NCBI GenBank assembly: GCA_050287085.1
Contig: JBNKBE010000008.1
Span: 32,008 to 96,007, forward strand
Direction of reading: 5' to 3'
Source of the DNA: Polyangiaceae bacterium
Lineage (GTDB): Bacteria; Myxococcota_A; Polyangia; Polyangiales; Polyangiaceae
DNA: 64,000 nt
In this document: one piece after another, positions 1 to 10,206 of the stretch
How the letters are laid out: each line of letters begins with the position of its first letter
Numbering within the stretch: the first letter of the stretch is position 1
Program-made: the position numbers and the translations under genes
Notes under the pieces: model-generated
What the model was told of the DNA's origin: nothing
Seen by the model: the letters and a program-made list of their open reading frames with translations, nothing else
The model's database searches: none

Positions 1-305
1 TTGACCAGCAAGATCTCCGCCCGCGAGCGTACTGCGGCGCGCTCGATGAGCTGACGCTGTCCGCGGCGGCCAACCCCCGCGAGACGTTCGGCCAAGGTTC
101 TGGCTAGGAGCTGGCTGCGGAGGGATGCCGCCTCGTCGCTCCGCACTTTGAGCTGAACGACGCCAATGGATGTGATCGCCAGCGTGGCCAGCAAGCCAAA
201 GAAGAGAACGAGAGCAGGTACTGGGCCCAGAAACGGCACCCGGCCGACGCGAAAGAAGCGCAAGAGCTGCCCCGACAAGTGCGTCAGAACACCAGCGCGC
301 GCCAC
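1..305 (-). CDS. Membrane protein, N-terminal part only (runs off window start); possibly a sensor kinase
   Basis: GTG at 303-305 overlaps the upstream TAG (TAGTG). Frame open to the edge: MARAGVLTHLSGQLLRFFRVGRVPFLGPVPALVLFFGLLATLAITSIGVVQLK..., one hydrophobic helix. Not in the ORF track because it has no stop. Confidence 0.55.
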   Translation of the reverse strand, partial: MARAGVLTHLSGQLLRFFRVGRVPFLGPVPALVLFFGLLATLAITSIGVVQLKVRSDEAASLRSQLLARTLAERLAGVGRRGQRQLIERAAVRSRAEILLV

Positions 306-967
306 TACTGCCCCCAATCCGCCCGACCACCGCCCGCGTAGTCTCCGACCGCATGGTCACGGCTCAGCAAGGCGAATAGGCGATGGTCCACCCAGCGACC
401 CCCGACGAACTCGGCCTCTCGGGCGGTGCCCTCGGGCTTGAATCCGAGGCGGGCGATCACGTTCAGACTACGTTGATTTTCCGTGGCGGCGGCGCAAGCG
501 ATCCGATGAAATCCGACGTCCTCGAACCCGAATTGGAGACACGCTCGCGCTGAAAGCGTCATGAGACCTTGTCCGGTGGCGGACTCTACGAGCCAGTAGC
601 CAAGACTGCAATGTCGGTGCAAGTGAACGCAGTTTTCTAGGCTCACTACGCCGAGCAGCGGCTCGGCAGGGCTTCTTCGTATGGCAAGGCGGAGCGCCCG
701 CCCCTGATCCCAGTCGCGCGCGCACGACTCTGCAAAGCGCTGGCTCGAGCTTTCATCGACGTTGAACGCTATCCACGGCAGCCAGGGGCTCAGGGTCGCG
801 CGAGAAGAATCGACCGCGCGCCACAGGGCTGGACCGTCCGCGGGCTCGACGGGTGTTAACACCAAAGCGCCGGCCTGAAGCGGGTGGCGGCGCATTTGAG
901 CCCGCGAGGGAATTACCAAACCCGTACTGCTCGTACCTTTGGTGAGCGCTGATAGAAATCTCTTCAT
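305..967 (-). CDS. RimJ/RimL-family GNAT N-acetyltransferase
   Basis: Motifs LGYWL...GQGLMT and N.RSLNVIARLGFKPEG..R. Start taken at ATG 967, which overlaps the kinase stop (ATGA). Confidence 0.88.
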   Translation of the reverse strand: MKRFLSALTKGTSSTGLVIPSRAQMRRHPLQAGALVLTPVEPADGPALWRAVDSSRATLSPWLPWIAFNVDESSSQRFAESCARDWDQGRALRLAIRRSPAEPLLGVVSLENCVHLHRHCSLGYWLVESATGQGLMTLSARACLQFGFEDVGFHRIACAAATENQRSLNVIARLGFKPEGTAREAEFVGGRWVDHRLFALLSRDHAVGDYAGGGRADWGQ

Positions 968-3480
968 TGGCACCGCACGCGGGCTACGAAAGGCTCTTCC
1001 GCCGCTGCCTCGTAACCACGCCAGGCAATATACCACTCTCCCCGCGCATCGGCCTTGATGAGCTGTGGATTGGGCTGCGAGAGTGTAGCGCTGACCTTGC
1101 CTACGACGCTTCTTCCGAGGGGGGTTCCCTCCTGGATGGGGGCCGCCAGCACGCGGTGGTCGGCAAACCAGCTCTCGAGCCATTGGCCTTCTCCAAAACC
1201 GATGGCCGGACGTGCCGCCTCGCCCTCCAGCTGTCGCCGCCACAAGACCTGTCCGGAGCTGTCGACGCCGGCCAGCCAGGCTGAGCGCGGGGCTTCATCC
1301 CAGACTATTAGACAGCGCTTCTCCCCGCAGGCGATCTGGCTCAGATCGTAGCTGCCGAGATCTTTGGTGAGGGCCAGCGCCTGTCCAAGGTAGCGATCGA
1401 ACTCCTCGTTGTTTGCCAGGGGCGGTGAAGTTGCGGCCTCGGGAGCCACGCCGGTTCCACGCTCCACGGCTTCCGGCGCGGCGCGGAGCAGCAAGATCTG
1501 CGCACGCCCGGCGCGGCGCAGGGTGAAGCTGATGTGCAGCAATCCGTCTTGATACGCGATGGAGGGCTCGGCCGCGTGCGTCTTGGCATTCCCCGCTGGC
1601 GTCGGGTAAGCCGTGATGGTCTTGGCATCGGATAGCGGCCGGAGCGATGGGCTGAGCTTGCGCAAGACTAAGTCGTGAACCCGCGTGCGCGTGGGCTCGA
1701 CCCACACGACCCAGACGTTGCCATCGGCGTCTTGCGTCCAGGCGGCGTCATAGGGATTCTTGTCGTGGGGTTGGCTCAGCAACTGGCGCGCGGACGTTGC
1801 GTGGCCCTCCGGGCTGAGCATGCGGACGAAGACGCCCGGTTCCGAACCCGCAATGTCCCAGAATAAGAGCCCCGCGCCGTCCGCCAGCGCGAGCAGTTGG
1901 GGGTCCCGTGCGTCGGTCGCCTCGGGCGTGATGTTGACAGGAGGGGATACACGGCGCAGGGCGTGGTCAAGACGGGTCGAGAATACCTGAGTGCTTCCCC
2001 CGGCGGTGTCCGAGTCAGCCCAAGCGACGAGCGTTGTGTTCCTCTGCGGCAGCAGCGCCGCTGCACTACTCGAAGAGTTGCGGCTGAACGGGCGCGGGTG
2101 ACCGACGGCGGCAAGCGAGCAGCGGCCGTTTCCTTCGGGGTCGAGGGCTGCGCTCACGTGATCGTGTAGGGATCGAACGGCTTTGCCGCGGCCTTTCTCA
2201 AACGCGCCTTGCAGGAGATTCAAAGCTCTTTCAGCTTGTCGATCCGACAGCAGGGCTTGCGCGCGGTTGACGTCAGCGGCGTCCGGACCCTGCTCTGCGG
2301 GGCTCAGACCTGAGGTCGCGAGCGTCGCAAATAGTCCAAAGCGCCAGCTGCCCGCCAGCACGAGCACCAAGCCGCATGCGGCCGCCGCCCACAACCAGGG
2401 GCGGGACAAGCGGGGCCGTTTGGCGGCTTGGGTCGCAGCCTCAAGCTCGGGCTTGGGTGCAGGCGACAGGTTCGGGGGGGGCTTGGGTGCAGGCGACAGC
2501 TTCTGAGGGGGACTCGCACCGGGAGGAGGGGGGAGCACCCCGCCCGGAAGAGTCGTAAATGGATTCGAAGCGGAGTCGTCCCGGTAGCGAGCCAAGTGTG
2601 GCGGAGTGGGCAATACGTGGCCCAAAGCGCCAAGAAACTCGTCCACGGACTGGAAGCGAGCCGTGGCATCACGGGCCAGCGCCCGGGCAAACCAGGCGTC
2701 GAAAGTCAGCGGCAGGTCGGGGCGGTACTTCCGAGCTGAGGGCAGCTCCGCGGTAGCGATCTGCGCCAAGATCATGGGCACGCCTTTGCCCACGTCCCAG
2801 ACCGTGCTGCCCGTCAGCATCTCGTACACGATACATCCGAGCGCCCACAGGTCTGCGCGGGCGTCGACGTTGGACTGCCCCGTCGCCTGCTCGGGGCTCA
2901 TATAGGCGGGGGTTCCAAACAAGGCCCCCTCTTTGGTGAGTCTGGCGTTGTCAGGATCGCGTGCGGGCTCGTAGAACTTGGCGAGACCAAAGTCGACGAT
3001 CTTGCACGTCGGCTCGCCCTCGTCGGTGGTGCAGAGGAAGATGTTCTCGGGTTTCAGATCGCGGTGTACGACACCTGCACGGTGCGCGCGGCTGAGTCCC
3101 TTTCCCACTTGCCACGCGATCCGAAAGACCTCCTCCTGGGGCAATTGCCGAGTGAGCGATAGGTGCTCGAAGAGGCTCTGACCCTGGAGCAGCTCCATCA
3201 CGATGAAGGGCCGCTCGCGGACCGTGCCCACGTCGTAGACTTCACAGATGTAGGGCGACGTCAGCTTGGCGGCCGCACGGGCCTCGCGGATGAAGCGCTC
3301 GTTGACGGTGCGCGAGTGCGTGAGCTCCTCCGCCAGGATCTTCACCGCGACACGCTTGCCGATGGTCACGTTCTCAGCGGCGTAGATGGTCGCCATGCCA
3401 CCGCGTCCGATCTCGCTTGTCAGGCGGTACTTGTCCCCGAGCAGGGTGCCAATGCTGGGGCCGGAAGGACTCTGAGACAT
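964..3480 (-). CDS. Membrane-anchored Hanks-type Ser/Thr kinase with C-terminal extracytoplasmic beta-rich domain
   Basis: GRGGMA, VAVK, HRDLKPEN, DFG, GTPAYMSPE, DLWALG; Pro-rich linker; TM WLWAAAACGLVLVLAG. Start placed at MSQSPSG. Confidence 0.93.
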   Translation of the reverse strand: MSQSPSGPSIGTLLGDKYRLTSEIGRGGMATIYAAENVTIGKRVAVKILAEELTHSRTVNERFIREARAAAKLTSPYICEVYDVGTVRERPFIVMELLQGQSLFEHLSLTRQLPQEEVFRIAWQVGKGLSRAHRAGVVHRDLKPENIFLCTTDEGEPTCKIVDFGLAKFYEPARDPDNARLTKEGALFGTPAYMSPEQATGQSNVDARADLWALGCIVYEMLTGSTVWDVGKGVPMILAQIATAELPSARKYRPDLPLTFDAWFARALARDATARFQSVDEFLGALGHVLPTPPHLARYRDDSASNPFTTLPGGVLPPPPGASPPQKLSPAPKPPPNLSPAPKPELEAATQAAKRPRLSRPWLWAAAACGLVLVLAGSWRFGLFATLATSGLSPAEQGPDAADVNRAQALLSDRQAERALNLLQGAFEKGRGKAVRSLHDHVSAALDPEGNGRCSLAAVGHPRPFSRNSSSSAAALLPQRNTTLVAWADSDTAGGSTQVFSTRLDHALRRVSPPVNITPEATDARDPQLLALADGAGLLFWDIAGSEPGVFVRMLSPEGHATSARQLLSQPHDKNPYDAAWTQDADGNVWVVWVEPTRTRVHDLVLRKLSPSLRPLSDAKTITAYPTPAGNAKTHAAEPSIAYQDGLLHISFTLRRAGRAQILLLRAAPEAVERGTGVAPEAATSPPLANNEEFDRYLGQALALTKDLGSYDLSQIACGEKRCLIVWDEAPRSAWLAGVDSSGQVLWRRQLEGEAARPAIGFGEGQWLESWFADHRVLAAPIQEGTPLGRSVVGKVSATLSQPNPQLIKADARGEWYIAWRGYEAAAEEPFVARVRCQ

Positions 3481-4158
3481 GCGAGAGGGGCGACGTTTGG
3501 CTCGGCCGCCTTGCGCGACGTGGCGACGGACCCTGACCACGGAACGAACGCCGCTAGGGATAACGCAAGAACCTGAACTGTAACCACTTTCGCCGGCGAA
3601 AGGGAGCGCTTCTTACGTGGATGCGGAATTTTGGGGCACTGGAGTCGGTCCCAGAGGCTGTTCTGGCGGCAGGGTGCCCGCTACGTCCGGCCCATGGCAC
3701 CGGGGGCGCTCCGCGTTCGCCCGCAGACCGGGCGCTCATACCGCGATGACGCGCCCTGCGCCGCCCGAGGCTTGGAATCCGGCGCACCCGCTGCCACGAT
3801 GCGGGTTTCGATGTGATTTCAGGTCCGCAGGGAAACAAACTCCGCGCCGCGGGCCTTGGGAAATATTTACGAAACCTTGTGAGCGCTAGGGAGAAGTACC
3901 TCAAAGCGCAAAGGATTCGAGGCATGGCATGGCAACTGGGTATCGGAAGTGCTGTGAGCAGCTTGACCCGCAACATCGCAAACCCGTGGATAGGACGCTT
4001 CTCGCGGGTTCCGACGTTGGGTCACGGCCGCTTGCTGCTGACTCCGGCCCGTGGCCCGTCCGAGGGCGGCGGTTTCGGTGTTAGTCCGATGTCGGCGCGG
4101 TTATCTTAGGTTTCGCGGTCGCCTGAACGTCCGGGTTACCGCCACAACAGGGAACTAG

Positions 4159-4500
<342 letters not shown>

Positions 4501-4679
4501 AACCCGTCTCTTCCCCGCGGCGGTGGGTGTTGCAGCGACGCCTGCTGCGCGGGGGCATTTCTGCATGGGCCCAACGCCGCGACGCGGCAGAGCGCCATTG
4601 GGCGATCATTGCTAGGGCTCGAGATCTCGCCGATGGGCGAATAAGTCGACATCCTGCGCGGCGAGCAGGCTGAATAGGA

Positions 4680-4712
4680 AAGAAGCCCCGAGCTCTCGGT
4701 TCGGGGCTTCTT
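4680..4712. terminator. Likely bidirectional intrinsic terminator between convergent glnB and metK
   Basis: AAGAAGCCCCGA-N9-TCGGGGCTTCTT inverted repeat just past the metK stop. Confidence 0.75.
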
Positions 4713-4728
4713 CGTCAGAACTTGCGTC

Positions 4729-5895
4729 TCAGAGCAGATCTGCGGCCATTTGTTCGGCCCGATCCGTTGCTTCCCAAGGGAATTCCGGGCGCCCGAAGTG
4801 ACCATAGGCGGCGGTGGCGCGGTAGATGGGACGCAGCAGGTCCAAGGTTTCGATGAGAGCTGAAGGCCGCATATCGAAGTTCTTCACGATATATGAGCTC
4901 AGCTTTGCCTCGTCGAGCACGCTTGTACCGAAGGTGTTGACGTAGACGCCCACCGGCTGCGCAACGCCAATGGCGTAGGCGACCTGCACTTCTGCTTTGG
5001 TGGCGAGCTTCGCCGCGACGATGTTCTTTGCGACATAGCGGGCGTAGTAGGCTGCTGAGCGATCCACTTTGGATGGGTCCTTGCCACTGAACGCGCCGCC
5101 GCCGTGGCGTCCAGCGCCGCCGTAGGTGTCTACGATGATCTTGCGTCCGGTCAACCCGGCGTCGCCACAGGGGCCGCCGATGACGAAACGCCCGGTAGGA
5201 TTGATGAAGATCTTCGTCTTCTTGTCGATCAACTTCGCCGGCACTGCCTTCTTGATGACAAGCTCCCGCACCGCCTCGTCCAGGTCCTTGTTCTTCACGT
5301 CAGGGCTATGCTGCGTTGAGACGACGATAGTTTCGACGCGTGTCGGCCTGCCGTTCTCGTAGGCCATGGTGACCTGGCTTTTTGCATCGGGACGCAAGAA
5401 GTCGATCTGATTGCGTCCCTTTCTGACCTTGGTCATCTGACGCATCAGCTGGTGTGCGTACATGATGGGGGCAGGCATCAGCTCGGGTGTCTCGTCGCAA
5501 GCGTAGCCGAACATCAGACCCTGATCGCCGGCGCCCTGCTCCTTGAATCGACCTTGGCCTGCGGTCACGCCTTGCGATATGTCAGGGCTCTGGGGCTCGA
5601 TGGCGGTCAGCACGCCACATGTGTCGGCATCGAAGCCCATGTCGCTGCTTGTGTAGCCAATATCTCGAACGGCCTTGCGCGCGACCTTCGCGAAGTCGAC
5701 TGTGGCGGTGGTTGTGATTTCGCCGCCCACCACCATGAAGCCCGTCTTGCAGAAGGTCTCGCACGCGACGCGGGCATAAGGATCCTGTTCCAGCAGCGCA
5801 TCGAGGATCGAATCCGAAACTGCATCACAGAGTTTGTCTGGATGTCCTTCGCCGACGGACTCCGACGTGAAGAGGTAACTTGAGCTCGCGACCAT
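4729..5895 (-). CDS. metK: S-adenosylmethionine synthetase
   Basis: [48 protein letters not shown] precedes ATG 5895. Confidence 0.97.
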   Translation of the reverse strand: MVASSSYLFTSESVGEGHPDKLCDAVSDSILDALLEQDPYARVACETFCKTGFMVVGGEITTTATVDFAKVARKAVRDIGYTSSDMGFDADTCGVLTAIEPQSPDISQGVTAGQGRFKEQGAGDQGLMFGYACDETPELMPAPIMYAHQLMRQMTKVRKGRNQIDFLRPDAKSQVTMAYENGRPTRVETIVVSTQHSPDVKNKDLDEAVRELVIKKAVPAKLIDKKTKIFINPTGRFVIGGPCGDAGLTGRKIIVDTYGGAGRHGGGAFSGKDPSKVDRSAAYYARYVAKNIVAAKLATKAEVQVAYAIGVAQPVGVYVNTFGTSVLDEAKLSSYIVKNFDMRPSALIETLDLLRPIYRATAAYGHFGRPEFPWEATDRAEQMAADLL

Positions 5896-6276
5896 CTGTT
5901 TCCTTCCGTTCACCAAATACCAACCCCTGACGAAGGACTACCGGCGAAGGCCCTTTGGCGTTCGGCATGCGGTATCCCTCCGGGTCGGTTCGTATTGCTA
6001 TTATTCTGGAGCACGCGTCCGAGCGACACGCGCAGGGCAGCGCGCCCTCGCTACGCTTGTCTCCGATGCCAAGACAGATTGCAAGGGGTCGTTTTTCGGT
6101 CAAAGCGAACGAGCGCGGCCGTGGACGACGACACTTCGCGGAGCTAGACGGTTCAAGGACGCCGCGTCGCGCTGCCCCCACAAAGGGCCCAGGCCACGCC
6201 GGAAGAGGGGGGCCCGCTGGGGCGCCGCAGTGCCGTCCGGCCGTCGCGTGGCAACTTCGGGCTGACGAAGACGCGC

Positions 6277-6304
6277 TTGACTCGCCGAACATCCTGCGTA
6301 TGCT
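6277..6304 (+). promoter_or_regulatory. Putative sigma70-type promoter of the tRNA
   Basis: TTGACT-N16-TATGCT ending 14 nt before the tRNA. Confidence 0.5.
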
Positions 6305-6318
6305 CCGCGAACTTTCAG

Positions 6319-6391
<73 letters not shown>

Positions 6392-7037
6392 CTAAGAAAA
6401 GCGCGCACTTGGGAGCTTTGGCAGCTGGGGTGGTGGCGCGGATGGGGTGACTGCCGAGCGGATGGAGCTGCCCCGACCGAGGGCTGTGGTCGCCGCCAGA
6501 AAGGCGCCGAGGCGCACCGTTGCCAGGGGACTTGCGCTACCCACCATGGGGACCGGCGGATAGCGACGGTTCCAGTGAGCTGGATTCAGAGTGACCATGT
6601 TTCCTGGAAACAGGGAATGAGCTAGCGAGGCGTATCCACGGCGGCCACCTAGGGCAAGCGTCGGGCGCGTGCGCTCGGGCGCGGCGCCCAGAGAAGTGCA
6701 CCGTTGCTGGGCGGCCCTCGTGGCCGAGAAGTCCACAACTACCCCCGCAAGTTGCAGAGGGAGCTAACGATCGGCGCAACAACCGCGACATATCAAAAAT
6801 GCGATAGTCGTGTGCTGCTATTGTTGGTCTGTTTGCGTCTCGCACCCGGGGGGTGCAGGGTGTGCCATCAGCGGCGCATGTATCACCAAAACGGGACCGC
6901 CTAACGGCTGAAGCTTGAAAAGCTTGAGTGCCAGGCCATACCATTTGCGTAGGTCAGTCTCGCCTCGGTCCCACGAGTCCTCGCTATTGCATCATGGCTG
7001 GACTTCAGCACGGATCTCGGGCGCAAGAACGGAAAAC

Positions 7038-7478
7038 ATGTTCGAGAGTCTTGGAAGCATCAGTGGGGTTATCGCTGCCGCTGCCTTCACGCACGATGGG
7101 CGTGTTTGTTCGCACCAGATCTTCGAGCGCGGCTCCGGACGAGGCCGGCAAGGAGCGCTCGACCCAGCGGGCTTCTGGTTTGCCTGCAGCTGTCTTGACC
7201 GCGCGGCGGAGCACTACCGGGCCGCGAATCGACCTACCGGGTTGTTTTACGTGGAGTTCAGCGCGGGCTACCTGGCGCGCAGTCGCGGGGGCGTCGGCTC
7301 GATCATCGCGACAGTGCAGCGGGACGTTCCAATCGCGTTGGTCCAGGTAGGTCTCAAAGTCGCATTATTTCGTTTGGAGCAGAGCTTGGACACCGACGAG
7401 GGGGTGGGGTCTGAGTCCTTAGAGCTTTACGAAGGTCCAGAAGCCCCCCCGCCATGGCAGAGAAACTTCGCTTCGTAA
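7038..7478 (+). CDS. Roadblock/LC7 (MglB-like) fold protein, divergent
   Basis: MFESLGSISGVIAAAAFTHDG start and closing helix PIALVQVGLKVALFRL resemble the Roadblock pattern. Confidence 0.5.
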   Translation: MFESLGSISGVIAAAAFTHDGRVCSHQIFERGSGRGRQGALDPAGFWFACSCLDRAAEHYRAANRPTGLFYVEFSAGYLARSRGGVGSIIATVQRDVPIALVQVGLKVALFRLEQSLDTDEGVGSESLELYEGPEAPPPWQRNFAS

Positions 7479-8914
7479 ACTGCGGTTTGCGCTTGGATGT
7501 GGCTCACGCATTTCGAGCGGCGGGGCACGCGTTGCGCTGGGACTTGCGGGGCATTTCCCCCAGTTACGATGTTCCCAGCACGAACGAGAAGCTGCAGAGA
7601 ATGCCCGCCGAGTTCGTTGTGGTGGAACCCGAACTCGGGGTTCGCTTGGATGCCAACTTGCCATTGGCGTCCGTCGTGGCGCTGCCGGTGGTGGCGCTTC
7701 TGTCACGAGCGCCGAGCCGCGCTGAGCTGCAATGGCTACGCCGGCAAGGTGTGACACTGGCGGTGGGACGCCCCTTCTCGGCTGACGAAATTCGGGGCGC
7801 TTTGGAGCTGCTGCGTGAGATCCGAGCCACGTCGGTGCGATGGGCGGAAGGAACCAACCTCGCCGAGCTGCTGACGTCGGTCAACCAGACCTCGATGCAG
7901 CAGGGGGCGCGGCGCATTGTGCATGTAGGGGCGTCACCTGCAGGGGCGATGCGTCTGGCTTTGAGCGCCCGCAGCTGGGAGCAGCGCATCAAGGAAGAAG
8001 CGCTGGGCCGCATCTACGTGGGGCCCAGCGGCATAGTCGCGGCGGAGTGGCCGGGGTTGGACGGGGTGCCTGCGTTGGCGAAAATGCTCAGCGTCGACCG
8101 CCCATTGCTGACGACCCAATCGTATCTGCTCGAGCCGCCTTCGGATGCGTTTCTCGGACCGACCGTGCACGCGTTGGCGGCGGCCCGAGAGCTACTGCCG
8201 CGATTGGCAAGTCGTCCTCCATCGCTGCAGATCGACCGACGTCAACACTTCATCTGGAGCGGCGAGGGGGACGCGGTCGAGCGAGACACGGACCTGTGCA
8301 GCCACGCGCCGGCGGGAGCTAGCGGGGGTGAGACGCTGGTTGAGCCCGGAGCAGAACCCGGATTGGAGCCGGAGAGCGACGATCAGAAGACCCCGGTACA
8401 AGTCCAAGCGGCCGTCGATCGAGCCAGGCCTACGTCAACGGCGATTGGCTCCGTGCAACGCTCGGCCGTGCCGTCGAGCGGGATCGCCAGTCGCGCTTGG
8501 CAACGCGGGCGCGCCGCGGATGCGCGCATTGCGTCGGTGCCTGCATCGACCCGTCCCAGCGAGGCACGAGCCGGTGAGCTGGCGAGCACGGCGATGGGAA
8601 TTGCGCAGGTGGTTGCGGCGTCGGAGCACGGCGAAGTTCTCGCTCATGCGGGTTCTGGAGGGGTGGATCAAGCCGAGGCATTTGCCATCGCGACGCAGGC
8701 CGTTCTGGCCGAATTGGCGCCGTTGGCTACGGAAACGGGGCTCGGTGATCTCTGTGGGTTCGGCACGTCACCGGAGGTGGGTGCGGCCGCCGCCTGTGAT
8801 GGACAATTCGTGATCGGGGCCCGAGGCGTTCGGGCCATGGATCCAAAGCGGGCGCTTGCGCACCTGCGCACTTGCCGGGCACGACTGCAGCGGGGCGAAA
8901 CCTTCTTCGAGTAG
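7454..8914 (+). CDS. Degenerate receiver domain + DUF4388/PATAN-like + C-terminal Roadblock-like protein
   Basis: LPVVALLS...GRPFSADEI (REC end, KPF replaced by RPF); GRIYVGPSGIVAAEWPGLDGVPALAKML (DUF4388-like); GIAQVVAASEHGEVLA...LATETGLGDL (Roadblock-like). Start uncertain. Confidence 0.55.
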   Translation: MAEKLRFVNCGLRLDVAHAFRAAGHALRWDLRGISPSYDVPSTNEKLQRMPAEFVVVEPELGVRLDANLPLASVVALPVVALLSRAPSRAELQWLRRQGVTLAVGRPFSADEIRGALELLREIRATSVRWAEGTNLAELLTSVNQTSMQQGARRIVHVGASPAGAMRLALSARSWEQRIKEEALGRIYVGPSGIVAAEWPGLDGVPALAKMLSVDRPLLTTQSYLLEPPSDAFLGPTVHALAAARELLPRLASRPPSLQIDRRQHFIWSGEGDAVERDTDLCSHAPAGASGGETLVEPGAEPGLEPESDDQKTPVQVQAAVDRARPTSTAIGSVQRSAVPSSGIASRAWQRGRAADARIASVPASTRPSEARAGELASTAMGIAQVVAASEHGEVLAHAGSGGVDQAEAFAIATQAVLAELAPLATETGLGDLCGFGTSPEVGAAAACDGQFVIGARGVRAMDPKRALAHLRTCRARLQRGETFFE

Positions 8915-9020
8915 GTGTGGACCCGAGCGCCGCCTGGCGTAGAGGCGCTCTGCGGCCTTCAGAAAGAGCCAAGCCGCGACTCGAGCGTGGGGTCTAAGGC
9001 GTGTGTTAGGCTATGGGCTG

Positions 9021-10175
9021 ATGAGCGAGTTGATCCGACGCCGGTCCTTTCCAGTTCCGGTCGAGCGCAGGAAGGTGGGCCAGCGGTCTTGGCGTTTTGG
9101 TTTGCTCGGCCCACCGCTCCTTCTCGCGGGGCTCGGGGGCGCGTGTTCGGCTGCACGCTCCGAGGCACCTGAGTTGGGGCAACCCGCAAGCGCTTCCGCC
9201 GCGGCAAGCCAAGTGTCGAGTGCAAGGTCTCGGGGGGGGCTCGCTTCGACCGCCGCCCACGCGTCCGTCGATGAGGGGCAAGCCGCGTTCGACACGCTGG
9301 AGCCGGCGGGCGCGGAGCGTGCCGTTGGGGAGACTCAAGCGAGTGGCGAGCCGTGTTTGGGGGCCGTCTGCTACCGCGTCGCTTCCGTAGCGCAGGCCCT
9401 TGAGTGGGTTCTGCGAAGCCAGCCGGCCATCTTAGGCATCGGTGAAGGCCACGCGCAGCAAGGCGCCTGCGCCGAGCCCACCGTTCAACGTTTCGAGCGT
9501 GAAGTGTTGCCGGTGCTAGCGGAACGCGGGGCGCGGGCCTTGGTGGTTGAATTGATCTCACCGCCCGCCCAGTGTCAAAGCGCGGTCAGCGACGTAGCAG
9601 CCGTGGAGCGGCGCGTTACCGAGACGCAGGCCTCCGAGAATAAGAGTGACTACGTTCATCTAGGACACGCAGCCAGGGCGCATGGCCTGGTGCCGTTTAT
9701 CTTGGAGCCGGACTGCACTGCGTTTCAGTCGGTTGTCAGCGCTCAAGACGACCGCATCGACCGCATGCTGCAGCTGATCGCAGAAGAGACGAAGACACGT
9801 CTCTTGCGCCTCTTCGAGCGAACTCGCCAGCAGAGCCCCAGTCCGCTGCTTCTGGCCTACGGTGGTGCGCTGCACAACGACCTGATACCGCGACCGGGAC
9901 GCGAGAAATGGAGTTTTGGTCCGCATCTTAGGGCGGCCAGCGAGGGGCGTTACGTCGAACTCGATCTGGTTGTTCCCGAGCAAATTCGAGATACAGAGGC
10001 TTGGCGGAATCAACCGTGGTTTGAGCCCTACCGCGCCGCGAGGGCCGCCCATCCGAGCGAGACCTCGGCTCTCGGAGTGGACGCGCCCTTGTGGCTCATT
10101 GAACACGCACCGGGCGCATTCGCCCTGTTCTTCTCGGGCAGTCCGAAGTGCACGCTGCCCGCGGCGGCGCCGTGA
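9021..10175 (+). CDS. Lipoprotein with ChaN/EreA/Tiki-like motifs
   Basis: Lipobox-like LAGLGGAC; ILGIGEGH, LVVEL and YGGALHN motifs. Confidence 0.55.
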   Translation: MSELIRRRSFPVPVERRKVGQRSWRFGLLGPPLLLAGLGGACSAARSEAPELGQPASASAAASQVSSARSRGGLASTAAHASVDEGQAAFDTLEPAGAERAVGETQASGEPCLGAVCYRVASVAQALEWVLRSQPAILGIGEGHAQQGACAEPTVQRFEREVLPVLAERGARALVVELISPPAQCQSAVSDVAAVERRVTETQASENKSDYVHLGHAARAHGLVPFILEPDCTAFQSVVSAQDDRIDRMLQLIAEETKTRLLRLFERTRQQSPSPLLLAYGGALHNDLIPRPGREKWSFGPHLRAASEGRYVELDLVVPEQIRDTEAWRNQPWFEPYRAARAAHPSETSALGVDAPLWLIEHAPGAFALFFSGSPKCTLPAAAP

Positions 10176-10206
10176 CGCGACCCGCTGGGCGCCGCCCCTC
10201 GAGCCT

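Noticed and set aside
3819..3840. TCAGGTCCGCAGGGAAACAAAC resembles the SRP RNA domain IV motif
   Set aside because: Lacks the GGAA loop and AGCAGC, and I saw no long enclosing helix.
3938..3953. GG-N10-GC sigma54-like site upstream of glnB (GGGTATCGGAAGTGCT)
   Set aside because: Weak match to TGGCAC-N5-TTGC; expected by chance at this GC content.
6392..9000. Integrated element at tRNA-Thr
   Set aside because: No integrase, and no duplicated tRNA 3' end found by eye.
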